Part shown: in pieces, positions 23,835-32,661 of the stretch
Layout of the letters: every line of letters begins with the position of its first letter
Numbering within the stretch: the first letter of the stretch is position 1
IMG/VR virus record: IMGVR_UViG_3300034069_000526
Span: 1-43,874 of that record
Direction: 5' to 3' (one strand)
Length of the DNA stretch: 43,874 bases
Source: a virus
Translations under genes and position numbers: made by a program
Notes under the pieces: model-generated
Seen by the model: the letters and a program-made list of their open reading frames with translations, nothing else
What the model was told of the DNA's origin: nothing
The model's database searches: none

Positions 23835-24290
23835 ATGACCATCACGCTCAGCCTGCCTCGCGGCAAGCTCAAGGCCGAAATTCTCGATCTTGCGTTCGAT
23901 GATTGCGGGATGGCTGGCTATGAGTTCGAGCGCACGCCAGAAGAGCAGTCCAACGCGCTCCGTAAGCTCAACGCAATGATGCTGGAACAGCCGTGGGCGC
24001 AGCTCGGGTATCGCCAGCCGACTTACGGTGCCGGATTGCCCGAAGAGTCGTCCGGCATCCCCGACTTCGCGTTTAACACGGTCGCACAATACCTCGCGCT
24101 GCGGATTGCACCGGGCATGGGGGCTAGTCTTGCGCCTGAGCAGGCCAAGACGCTGTCTCGATCGTTGCTGACGATGCAAGCGGAATTGGCAACGCCTCCC
24201 ACAACTAGCTTGCCCGGCAACACGGTGCGCGGGTCTGGGCGAGGTGCGTTTGGAGGCTTTCGACGTTGGCCTTATACGGGCGCTAGGTAA
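23835..24290 (+). CDS. P22 gp4-like head-to-tail adaptor
   Basis: AAGGAG upstream. Layout parallels P22 gp4: EEQSNALRKLNAMMLEQ vs DAVDDLEAMMAEW; LALRIAPGMG vs LACRIAPDYA; C-terminal RGSGRG vs TGSGNS. Confidence 0.6.
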   Translation: MTITLSLPRGKLKAEILDLAFDDCGMAGYEFERTPEEQSNALRKLNAMMLEQPWAQLGYRQPTYGAGLPEESSGIPDFAFNTVAQYLALRIAPGMGASLAPEQAKTLSRSLLTMQAELATPPTTSLPGNTVRGSGRGAFGGFRRWPYTGAR

Positions 24291-24436
24291 TGCCGCGGGC
24301 TGGGATTGATACCAGCTCTAACCTGGGGGTGGGATTCGAACCCACGGTTCTCAGCGCCGAACCCCGAGACTGGCCGCTTACCCCGGTTAGCATTGCTTGG
24401 GCAGCTTCAAGCGTGTCCATCCACGCCGCCGCAGCC
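24291..24436. repeat. intergenic palindromic element R1 (degenerate arms, tRNA-like core)
   Basis: Starts at the stop codon. Right arm CCACGCCGCCGCAGCC resembles the R2/R3 arms. Inner hairpins GCTGG/CCAGC, CTAACC-GGGG/CCCC-GGTTAG and GTGGG/CCCAC. Confidence 0.55.
24318..24390 (-). other. tRNA-like remnant (perfect T-arm, extended acceptor-like stem, no D-arm); not a canonical tRNA
   Basis: Minus strand reads CTAACCGGGG...CGTGGGTTCGAATCCCACCCCCAGGTTAG. It has a GTGGG-TTCGAAT-CCCAC T-arm and a 10-bp closing stem with one bulged A. The central arm has a 9-nt loop and there is no CCA. Total 73 nt. Confidence 0.4.
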
Positions 24437-24473
24437 TAATGACAATAGGTCACGGCTCAGCTAAGGTCAATCC

Positions 24474-25856
24474 ATGACTCAAGCGTCCCTTCTTTCTGGT
24501 GTCGTGGCCAACAAGGGCGCAGAGTTCGAAGTATCGCACCCGACGAATCTTGAGCCGGTAATCGTCAGCAGCGGCATTTCGAAAGGGCAACTGCGCAGTG
24601 CGGCTGGCGCGGTTCCGTTCGCTGATGGTCCTGGAATTGATCGCGGTGGCGTTGAGTGGAACGGCCAATGCTATCGAGTCATGGGCACTCGACTAGTTCG
24701 CGTTTTGGCGAGCGGCATTGTCGAGGACTTGGGCGACGTGGGCGGGGATGGCCCTGTCGCGCTGGACTACTCGTTTGACCGGCTAATCATCCGATCAGGC
24801 ACGTCGATCTGGTACTATACCGGCAGCGGCGCTCCTTCAGCTATCACGGACCCCGATCTAGGGCCTGTGGTCGATTCCATGTGGATCGGTGGTTACACCA
24901 TGGCGACCGATGGCAAATATATCATAATTACAGAGTTGAACGACCCATTCTCCGTCAAGCCGCTTAAGTACGGCTCGGCCGAAAGCGATCCCGACAACAT
25001 CACCGGATTGATCCGCGTCGGTGTGGAAGCGTACGTGCTTGGCCGCGACACGATCCAGGTGTTCCAGAACGTTGGCGGCACTGGCTTCCCCTTCGCTAAC
25101 GTGCCAGGCGCCGTCATCAACACCGGGTGCATTTCCGCTACGGCCAAGACGCTGTTCGGCAACACGTTCGCCTTTGTCGGTTCTGCTCGCGGTGATGCGT
25201 TGGGCGTGTTCGTCGCCGGAAGCGGAACGGCGAACAAGATCAGCACGCGCGTAGTGGATGACGCTCTGAGTGCGCAACTCGACCCGGCCGCGATCCAGCT
25301 TGAGCGGCGAGTATCGCGTGATGAACTGCGGTTGCTGGTGCACCTACAAGACGAAACGTGGGTGTTCATGGCCAAGGCTTCTGAAGCAGCAGGCGAGCCG
25401 GTATGGTATCGGCTGCAATCGGGCTACGACCAGCCGTACCGTATTCGCAACGCTGTGATGGTGTATGGCAAGACGCTGGTAGGCGACACGCAGAGCAACG
25501 CTGTCGGTGAGTTGTCGTCTGACGTGTCCACGCACTTCGGCGAGCCTGCGCAATGGCAGTTCGACGTCGGCTTCCTGTACAATCAGGGCAAGGGTGCCAT
25601 CATCAACAGCGTCGAGCTGACGGGGCTGCCGGGACGTGGGCCGGGAGGTGTCGCGTTTATGTCGATCACGCAGGACGGGCAGACGTGGAGCCAAGAGCGC
25701 GCGCTGACCATGCGGATAGGACAACGGGGGCAGCGGCTGCAATGGCGTCCTCGCGCGCGGATGCGGTCTTACGCTGGACTGCGGTTTCGAGGCTATGACG
25801 AGGCGCTGGTCGGGTTCGCAGCTTGCGAGGTGGACGCCAGAGCATTGCGGGTTTGA
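24474..25856 (+). CDS. P22 gp10-like tail hub protein
   Basis: 460 aa directly after the gp4-like gene. N-terminal GISKGQLRSAAGAVPF..GIDRGGVEWNGQCYRV parallels P22 gp10 SGYLRSFPGI...VSRGVEYNTAQNAVYRV. Confidence 0.75.
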   Translation: MTQASLLSGVVANKGAEFEVSHPTNLEPVIVSSGISKGQLRSAAGAVPFADGPGIDRGGVEWNGQCYRVMGTRLVRVLASGIVEDLGDVGGDGPVALDYSFDRLIIRSGTSIWYYTGSGAPSAITDPDLGPVVDSMWIGGYTMATDGKYIIITELNDPFSVKPLKYGSAESDPDNITGLIRVGVEAYVLGRDTIQVFQNVGGTGFPFANVPGAVINTGCISATAKTLFGNTFAFVGSARGDALGVFVAGSGTANKISTRVVDDALSAQLDPAAIQLERRVSRDELRLLVHLQDETWVFMAKASEAAGEPVWYRLQSGYDQPYRIRNAVMVYGKTLVGDTQSNAVGELSSDVSTHFGEPAQWQFDVGFLYNQGKGAIINSVELTGLPGRGPGGVAFMSITQDGQTWSQERALTMRIGQRGQRLQWRPRARMRSYAGLRFRGYDEALVGFAACEVDARALRV

Positions 25857-25966
25857 TGCTGCGGCGGGCGGCGTGCACTCCGCACCTGTGAGGATTCGCA
25901 CCTCCCGACTTCTAAGACGGTGTTTAGACCCTGTCGGTTGCTGGTACAGGTTGTCCGCCGCAGCGG
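25857..25966. repeat. intergenic palindromic element R2 (10-bp GC arms, cloverleaf-like interior)
   Basis: GCTGCGGCGG 25858-25867 pairs with CCGCCGCAGC 25955-25964. Interior hairpins GAGG-ATTCGCA-CCTC, TCTAA/TTAGA and CCTGT/ACAGG. The first 21 nt match R3 at 20 of 21 positions. Confidence 0.6.
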
Positions 25967-25983
25967 AACTGGAGTAGCAAAAC

Positions 25984-26511
25984 ATGACCGACCTGCCAAC
26001 CCTCCCCCGCGCCGACCTGTTCGCAGCTCTTGGCGGCAACGCGCGTCTCGTGGCTGCTTTCGAAGATCAGCGCCAAGTCATCGCCGAAACGCAAGATGCC
26101 ACCACAACAGGTGCGGAAGCCACGCAGGCGCTTCAAGACGCTCGGGTGCTGACCCTGTCGCCCAACGACACCTTCACCAACGAACGAGTGTTGAAGCTCG
26201 GGCCGGGTATCAAGGCGGCGGACGATGGCACATATTTGATCCTGTCCGTCAATGATCAAGTCGCGCACATCGCCGGTGGGTTTCGTGCCGATCTTACCGC
26301 CCAAGGCGCAACAACGCTTGTTCTGCCTCTCGCGGGAACGCTGGCCACTACCGACCAAGACGAAATACTGTCCAACAAAACGCTGGAAGTGCCGTTGCTC
26401 GCCGGCTTGAAGGAGTACGCCAATGCCGCTGCGGCTGCGGCTGGTGGCGTGCCCATAAATGGCCCTTATTTGGTCACGGGCTCCGACGTGTTGCATGTGC
26501 GCAGAAGCTAG
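25984..26511 (+). CDS. hypothetical virion protein at the position of the P22 needle/plug genes
   Basis: ORF track; position only, with no convincing gp26 similarity. Confidence 0.55.
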   Translation: MTDLPTLPRADLFAALGGNARLVAAFEDQRQVIAETQDATTTGAEATQALQDARVLTLSPNDTFTNERVLKLGPGIKAADDGTYLILSVNDQVAHIAGGFRADLTAQGATTLVLPLAGTLATTDQDEILSNKTLEVPLLAGLKEYANAAAAAAGGVPINGPYLVTGSDVLHVRRS

Positions 26512-26567
26512 TTTAACGTAAGCCTACGGACGAACTATTTCGCTGCTCCGGGCGTGACCTGCAAAGG

Positions 26568-27227
26568 GTGTTCGTCTTGGGCCTTTTTTCTGCCATCGCC
26601 GGTGTTTTTGGGGGCGGCGCGCAAAAGAAAGCGTCGCAGAAAGCGACCGACGCCCAAGTCGCGGCGATAAACCGCGGCATCGACCTTCAGCAGCAGCAGT
26701 ATACAACGACGCGCTCAGATTACATGCCGTACACGGACGCAGGCAGAGCGGCGATTTTCAGTTACGGTGATCTGATCGGCCTCAATGGCATCGATAAGCA
26801 ATCGCAAGCTACCGCTGGCCTGAAGGCATCGCCGTTCTTCGATCAAGAATTGTCGGATGCTAATGAGAACCTGTTGCAGACGGCTTCGGCCACCGGCGGT
26901 GTTCGTGGTGGTGATACGGCGGGCGCGATCGGTCAGCTTAGTCCTGCCTTGCTCCAAAAGTACTACGATGACGCGCTGACAAGGTACGGCAACCTTGCCA
27001 ATCTCGGCTTGGGCGCGACTGGTAGCGTGGCGCAGTTGGGTGCGAACAACGCACAGAGTGTCAGCAACCTATACGGTGACGTTGGCACAGCGCAGGCACG
27101 AAACTACCTCACCAAGGGTGGTATCAACGCAGCCAACTTCGGCAACTTCGGCGGCATTCTCGACAAGGCTGGTTCGTCCTTACTTAACGGCAGCGGCTTG
27201 GGCGGCGCGCTCAAGAGCATCTTCTAA
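26568..27227 (+). CDS. ejection/internal virion protein (gp7-sized)
   Basis: 219 aa, N-terminal hydrophobic segment, Gly/Ala/Asn-rich; first of three consecutive ejection-protein-like genes; TTG 26577 is an alternative start. Confidence 0.6.
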   Translation: MFVLGLFSAIAGVFGGGAQKKASQKATDAQVAAINRGIDLQQQQYTTTRSDYMPYTDAGRAAIFSYGDLIGLNGIDKQSQATAGLKASPFFDQELSDANENLLQTASATGGVRGGDTAGAIGQLSPALLQKYYDDALTRYGNLANLGLGATGSVAQLGANNAQSVSNLYGDVGTAQARNYLTKGGINAANFGNFGGILDKAGSSLLNGSGLGGALKSIF

Positions 27228-27229
27228 CA

Positions 27230-29215
27230 GTGCCGGTTGGTGGCCTGGATGACTACGCGCAGGCACTCGGCGCCGCGCAACAGCTCGTGCCCAACTGGCG
27301 GCAGAGCGATCTTGTTGAGGCGCGCTTGCAAGGTGAGCGGCTGGGCAACCAAGGTGCTGTGCTTCAGAACCAAGCGCAGCAGATCGCCATTAACGACCAT
27401 CAGCGACAGACGGCACTCGCTGAACAGCGCCGCGTCGGGTTCCAAGCCGATCTTGGAGCGCTTGGAGCTAAGCCAACCCCGCTCGCCTATCAGAAGCTAG
27501 CTGCCAAATATCCCGAGTTTCATCAGGCGCTTGACCAAGTCGCGAAAGGCATCGCTGGCGAACAGGCGCAATCATTGGTTAAGCGGCTTGCCCCGATCCA
27601 ATCGCTGATTTCTGGCGGCTTTTACGACGAAGCAGCCAAGCAGGTGAGACGCCACATTGATGCGGATGTTGCAGCGGGTGGCCAGCCAGACGAAGACGAT
27701 CAGGCGCTTTTGGATTCACTCCAGAGCGGCGACTCTGCCAAGCAGAAGGCGGCGGGCGGGCTAGTGTCGGGATTGCTGTACCAGCTAGACCCTGAACACG
27801 CTGCCAAGAGCCTTCAGGAAGGCGGCGAGAACGCCAACCACTTCGTTGCGCTCGGCGATGGGCAAGTGCTCAACCAGCGCACGGGCGAGGTTACAGGCGA
27901 ACGGCGCGAGAAGCCGGAATATCGCACGGTTGATGTGTTTGACGCTGATGGTAACAAGATCGGCGAGCGGGTCATTTCTCTAGGCACGGGAGGAGGTGGT
28001 CAAGCATCTAGCGGCGGGGCGGCTGGCACGAAAGGCGATGTCAGCCGCCTGATAAACACCGACGCCGGTGGCGGTCAGGTGCCTGACAGCGTTAAGACGC
28101 TCGGGCAATTCGTGGCATATGGCAAGTCACTTAACCAGCGTGGCGCTAGGTCAAGTTCCGCTGGTACTTACCAAATCAACGGCTCTACGATGGCAGAGTT
28201 CGGTCCGAAGGCGCTGGGCGTGGATTGGCGCAAAGCCCCGTACAACGCGGATACCCAGGATAAGGTTGGGCAGGCAATCTTTGATTGGGCGAAGCAACAG
28301 CCCGATCCCGCGAAGGCATTGCGCGGGCGATGGGTGTCGCTGAGCCCGCAATCAGCCGCTCAACTCGTTCAGGGAAGCTGGCAACAAGCGCGCGACACGA
28401 TCGCGCAAGGCGAAACTGGTGGTGGTGCACGAGCAAGCGCGGCTAGGTCGCAATCGGCTGGCAACGGCAGTGTCGTCTATGAAAGCGTAGGCACCCCCGG
28501 CGCGAAAGCTAACGGCGACCTGTCCGATGATGCGCTGGAGCGTGCAGCCATTGTGTACGGCACCACGGGACAAATTCCGACCGGTCTAGGGCGCCAAGGC
28601 GTTTCGCAGCGAGCCATTCTCAACAAGTGGGCGCAGATTGCAAGCAAAGGCGGCGTCACCCCGGAACAGCAGATCGCTAACTGGCAAGACTTCAAGACGC
28701 ATCAGCAGGGACTTAAAGCCTTTGCTCGCGGCCCCGAAGCGCGCACGGTGCGTTCGCTCAACGTGACAATCGATCACCTCGACACTCTCCAAAACGCCGC
28801 ACAGGCATTGCAGAACGGCAACATCGGCATCTTCAATCGGGTGCGGCAGTCGTTTGCGCGAGCGACGGGCAGTGCCGTTCCAACCAATTTCGAAGGCGTC
28901 CGGCAGATCGTCTCGGCAGAAGTGGCAAAGGCCATCACGGGCGGCAACACGGCACTGGCTGATCGGCAGGACCTCGCGCACAGCATCTCAACCGCGAACT
29001 CGCCGCAACAGCTTGCGGGCTACATCGCTGAGGTCAAGAAGCTAATGACCGGACAGCTTCAAGGGCTTGCGGGGCAGTACAAGTCCGCAACAGGGCGTGA
29101 CGATTTCGAGTCCAGACTAAGCCCGCGCACCCGCCATCAGTTGAGGTTCGCGGATGGCAATGGTGCTAGCGGGGCGGGCACGGGTTTCCGCGTTCTTCGG
29201 GTGCGCCCGAAATGA
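27230..29215 (+). CDS. ejection/internal virion protein with lambda-lysozyme-like (GH104-like) segment
   Basis: 661 aa. SSSAGTYQINGSTMAEFGPKALG...DTQDKVGQAIFDW resembles lambda R STGAGRYQLLSRWWDAY...SPKSQDAVALQQI. Confidence 0.7.
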   Translation: MPVGGLDDYAQALGAAQQLVPNWRQSDLVEARLQGERLGNQGAVLQNQAQQIAINDHQRQTALAEQRRVGFQADLGALGAKPTPLAYQKLAAKYPEFHQALDQVAKGIAGEQAQSLVKRLAPIQSLISGGFYDEAAKQVRRHIDADVAAGGQPDEDDQALLDSLQSGDSAKQKAAGGLVSGLLYQLDPEHAAKSLQEGGENANHFVALGDGQVLNQRTGEVTGERREKPEYRTVDVFDADGNKIGERVISLGTGGGGQASSGGAAGTKGDVSRLINTDAGGGQVPDSVKTLGQFVAYGKSLNQRGARSSSAGTYQINGSTMAEFGPKALGVDWRKAPYNADTQDKVGQAIFDWAKQQPDPAKALRGRWVSLSPQSAAQLVQGSWQQARDTIAQGETGGGARASAARSQSAGNGSVVYESVGTPGAKANGDLSDDALERAAIVYGTTGQIPTGLGRQGVSQRAILNKWAQIASKGGVTPEQQIANWQDFKTHQQGLKAFARGPEARTVRSLNVTIDHLDTLQNAAQALQNGNIGIFNRVRQSFARATGSAVPTNFEGVRQIVSAEVAKAITGGNTALADRQDLAHSISTANSPQQLAGYIAEVKKLMTGQLQGLAGQYKSATGRDDFESRLSPRTRHQLRFADGNGASGAGTGFRVLRVRPK

Positions 29216-31590
29216 GCGCGCCAGCCCGCTCTTTCGCCCCCGCGTTTACGCCTCCCGACGAGCAGAAGTCGGGCACGATGGTCTATACAGTGGACCTCGG
29301 CAATGGTCACGTCGCGGACATTGAAGGCCCGCCGAACGCAACACCGGAGCAGTTACAGGCAGCCGTTGCCGAACACACGCAAGGCGGCGGCGACGCACCT
29401 GAAGGCGTCCAAGGTGGGTTCGCTGATGATTTGCCAACGCAAGCGCGTACACAGATGTCGGCAGAGGACGAGGCGCGCTATGTCGAGCTGGCGCATACGG
29501 CCGATGCCGACACCTTGCGCCGGTTTCAAGCTGAGCGCGGCTTTGAGTCCGCGCCGGGTTCGCTTGAGGCGTTTGTGGCGGCGCGCGATAAGGACAAGGC
29601 GGCCGGGCGTCCTGTCGACTATACCCATGCCTATGAGTTGCCCAAGGTCGTTGACGTGGACCCAGCGGAAACAGTCGGGCGTGGGGCGCTCGACAGCATC
29701 ACTATGGGCACGACTGCGAAAGCAGGCGCTCTAGTAGCCGGAGCCGAAAGCGCCCTGTCTGGCGGTTCATTTGGTGACGCTTACGACCGAATGCTTGACC
29801 ACAACAATGCAGTGGTTGGCGCCGACAACCGCGATCACCCATGGCTGCGATTGACCGGCCAACTCGCCGGTGGGGCTTTGCTGCCTACTGGACTTGAGAA
29901 TGTGGCAGCCCGCGCGGAAGCGTCTGCGATTGCAGCGGGGAAAACGGTAGAGGAAGCCCATCGTATCGGGCAGATAGCTATCCGCAATCGGCTGGCGGCG
30001 GTTGGTGGCGGATACGGGATCGCGCATGGTGCGGGGTCATCGGACACTCTCGGTGACGCCGTTTCGAATGCTGCCATTGAAGGCGGTGTAGGCGCTGCGG
30101 GCGGTGCGCTGTTCGGTGCTGCCGGCAACGCTCTCTCGGAACGCGCTGCGGGACGTGCCGCTGCGCAGGTCGCGGGACCCGCAACGGAGGGGCGAGCAGT
30201 TGCTGCGGCTGCCGAGCGTCAAGGGATTGACGTGCTGCCGGCGGATGTGGGAGGCCCCATGACGCGACGCTTGACCGCGGCGGCAGCCCAAGCCCCCCTT
30301 TCAGCTTCGCCAGTTATCACCGCGTCGCAGAAAATGGTATCTCAAGCCCAAGGCGCACGCGATCGGATCGCGGCCGACATAGGCCAAGCTCTTGACCCGG
30401 AAGCCGCAGGATTGGCCGTGCGCAACGGAGTGCAGCGGTACATCGCGAGCAGCGGAGCCGACGTGCGAGCGGCATATCGCGCGGCCGAAACCGCCGCGGC
30501 AGATACCCGCGTTGCACCGACCAAGGCCATTGAGGCGCTTGACCGCAACATTGCTGAGCTTGGCGAAACACCGGGTGGCGCGCCGGGGCTCGCGACCATG
30601 CAGGCATTGCGCGACCAACTTGCGGCTGGGGATGTGGCACCCGCTGGCCTTCTTCGCATGCGAACCGTTCTGCGGGACCAGTTCATGAAGGATGGGCTGG
30701 TGGGTTCTGACACGGAGCGACGCATCGGGCAGGTCCTCGACGCCGCTAATGATGATGTTGCCGATGGTCTTAGGAACGCGGGGAAGCCTGAAGCCGCGGC
30801 TTTGTATGCTACGGCGGCTGCCAAGTATAAGGCTCGCATCACCACGATCAATCAGGTGCTCAAGCCGGTAATCGGAACGCGAGAAGCGCCGCGCTCCGGT
30901 GAAGCGGTGGCAAAGACGTTGATGGCTGACCTTCAGGGCAACAATGGGCGGGCTGTTCGGCTGCTTCGCACCCTCCCGCCTGAAGAGCAAGCGTCGACGC
31001 GCGCCAGCATCATCGGCAGCCTTGGTAACGCAGCGCCGGGGGGGCAGAATGCCGAAGGGACCGCGTTCTCCCTACCGCACTTTCTGACGGGCTGGAACAA
31101 GATCGGAGAGACGGCGAAGCGCGCCTATTTCGGCGACGAAGCGCGTGCGGCTCTCAATGACCTCGCCAAGGTAGCTGATGCGACCAAGCAGGCGCAAGGG
31201 TACGCTAATCGGTCTAACACGTCCGGCGGTATTTGGGGGAACCTTGGCATTTTGGCCAGTACCGCCACTGTCGCTCCGGTGTCCTCGGCAGTCGGAGGTG
31301 CTGCCCAGTTGCTTGGGGGGCACCTTCTCGCTTCGCCACGCTTTGCCCGTTGGCTTGCCCGTGCTCCGCGGACTTCGCTTTCGCCGACCGCTTACGCCGA
31401 GCGGCTGACCCGTATTGCTCGCGCTGAACCCGCTATCGCCAACGAGGTGCTGCAACTCCAACAGCGCCTTACCGATGCGTTTTCAGCGGCGCCGACACGA
31501 TTGGCAGCCGATGAAGGCGCTAATCATGGCGGAAGGACTGATGGGAATGCCAGCGATCAGCAGGGCCAAGAGCAGGAAGCGCAGCCATGA
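29212..31590 (+). CDS. large Ala/Gly-rich ejection/internal virion protein
   Basis: 792 aa, ATGA-coupled, in the position of P22 gp16/gp20. Confidence 0.7.
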   Translation: MSAPARSFAPAFTPPDEQKSGTMVYTVDLGNGHVADIEGPPNATPEQLQAAVAEHTQGGGDAPEGVQGGFADDLPTQARTQMSAEDEARYVELAHTADADTLRRFQAERGFESAPGSLEAFVAARDKDKAAGRPVDYTHAYELPKVVDVDPAETVGRGALDSITMGTTAKAGALVAGAESALSGGSFGDAYDRMLDHNNAVVGADNRDHPWLRLTGQLAGGALLPTGLENVAARAEASAIAAGKTVEEAHRIGQIAIRNRLAAVGGGYGIAHGAGSSDTLGDAVSNAAIEGGVGAAGGALFGAAGNALSERAAGRAAAQVAGPATEGRAVAAAAERQGIDVLPADVGGPMTRRLTAAAAQAPLSASPVITASQKMVSQAQGARDRIAADIGQALDPEAAGLAVRNGVQRYIASSGADVRAAYRAAETAAADTRVAPTKAIEALDRNIAELGETPGGAPGLATMQALRDQLAAGDVAPAGLLRMRTVLRDQFMKDGLVGSDTERRIGQVLDAANDDVADGLRNAGKPEAAALYATAAAKYKARITTINQVLKPVIGTREAPRSGEAVAKTLMADLQGNNGRAVRLLRTLPPEEQASTRASIIGSLGNAAPGGQNAEGTAFSLPHFLTGWNKIGETAKRAYFGDEARAALNDLAKVADATKQAQGYANRSNTSGGIWGNLGILASTATVAPVSSAVGGAAQLLGGHLLASPRFARWLARAPRTSLSPTAYAERLTRIARAEPAIANEVLQLQQRLTDAFSAAPTRLAADEGANHGGRTDGNASDQQGQEQEAQP

Positions 31591-32186
31591 CCAAACTGAC
31601 CAACCCCGTTCCCCTGTTCTTGGATTTGCGCGGTGCATTGCTGGACGCAGGCTATGTCTATGTCGGTGCGGCGGGGCAAGACCCAGAAGCGACCCCGATC
31701 GCCACGTTCTTTGACGCCGAGCGAACGATTCCAGCCGCGCAGCCATTGCGGACCATGGGCGGGCGTATCGTCAACGGCGCCTATCCGGCAACGGTCTATT
31801 TCGCGGCCAACGACTTCTCGATGCGGACCCGCGACGCAGACGGCAACCAGATTGATTACTCGCCCTCGCTGACCTCTGCATCGACACAATACCAGCCGTT
31901 GGACACGGACCTGAGCGCAATTGCCGCTCTGTCCACTACGGCTTTCGGCCGCTCGCTGCTTCAGCTTGCTAACCAATCGGCGCTCAAGCAGGCTACAGGC
32001 ATCCCCGATCCGTTGCCGCTGACTGGAGGGCAGGTAACGGGCAACATCACCCGGCAGAATGCAGGCGTTCATCAGTATTGGGCCAACCCGGCCATCACCG
32101 GAGGGCGCATTTACATGACGGCGGATAGTGCTAGCGACCCTAGCTCGCAGTCGGGCGACTGGTGGCTGAAATATCATGTCAGTTAG
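31587..32186 (+). CDS. tail fibre/tailspike adaptor protein
   Basis: N-terminal FLDLRGALLDAGYVYVGAAGQDPEATPI...AQPLRTMGGRIVNG pattern of podovirus fibre N-termini; QPLDTDLSAIAALSTTAFGRSLL motif. Confidence 0.7.
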   Translation: MTKLTNPVPLFLDLRGALLDAGYVYVGAAGQDPEATPIATFFDAERTIPAAQPLRTMGGRIVNGAYPATVYFAANDFSMRTRDADGNQIDYSPSLTSASTQYQPLDTDLSAIAALSTTAFGRSLLQLANQSALKQATGIPDPLPLTGGQVTGNITRQNAGVHQYWANPAITGGRIYMTADSASDPSSQSGDWWLKYHVS

Positions 32187-32661
32187 CGTGCGCTCAGCCG
32201 CAGGCGACCTGCGAGACCTATCCGAAATCTGGGTGCGTGATGAAGGCAACACGCCGCGCATGATTACCGAAATTTGGGTGCGCGATCAAACCAACACGCT
32301 CCGACAGGTATGGGGTGGCTTGGCGGGTGGCGGTGCGGCTCCGCTCGCTGTCACGACCAATCCTAGCGGCGTGGCTGGCGCTATGAGCAGCCCTACTGCA
32401 CGTCGCGTTTTCACCAATACAACAACTGCGGAAGCAACCGGCGGCGTGGTTCCTTACACATATGTATGGGGTGCAAGTGACGGCGTAATGTCGGCGGATT
32501 CTCCGACTAATAGCACTACTACCTTTTCTGCGACCTTGGAGGCCGGAGAGTCGTTTAGCGAAGGCTTCGCGTGCACTGTCACTGACGCACTTGGCAACTC
32601 TGTGCAATCCGACCCTGTCACGGCAACCGTGAGCAATTTTGGAAGGCAGCTCAATGGCTAG
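32176..32661 (+). CDS. tail-associated protein with internal tandem peptide repeat
   Basis: ORF track; SEIWVRDEGNTPRMIT / EIWVRDQTNTLRQVW. Confidence 0.6.
   Translation: MSVSVRSAAGDLRDLSEIWVRDEGNTPRMITEIWVRDQTNTLRQVWGGLAGGGAAPLAVTTNPSGVAGAMSSPTARRVFTNTTTAEATGGVVPYTYVWGASDGVMSADSPTNSTTTFSATLEAGESFSEGFACTVTDALGNSVQSDPVTATVSNFGRQLNG
32222..32311 (+). repeat. two 45-nt tandem repeat units (about 70 percent identical) inside the CDS
   Basis: CCGAAATCTGGGTGCGTGATGAAGGCAACACGCC... followed by CCGAAATTTGGGTGCGCGATCAAACCAACACGCT... Confidence 0.6.

Noticed and set aside
24318-24390. Calling R1 a functional tRNA gene, or a phage attP core derived from a host tRNA.
   Set aside because: No 7-bp acceptor abuts the T-arm, since three extra C and a bulged A intervene. 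There is no D-arm and no CCA, and the central loop is 9 nt. No integrase or recombinase gene exists anywhere in the genome to use an att site. It is kept only as a tRNA-like remnant.
25934-25942. The motif TCGGTTGCT / CGGTTGCT shared by R2, R3 and the hairpin loop at 6840 as a family signature.
   Set aside because: The same octamer also occurs inside coding regions (near 12180 and 19058), so it is not specific to the intergenic elements.
32222-32311. A CRISPR-like or other non-coding tandem array.
   Set aside because: There are only two units, they are in frame inside a CDS, and they have no spacers. No other regularly spaced repeats were seen in the window.
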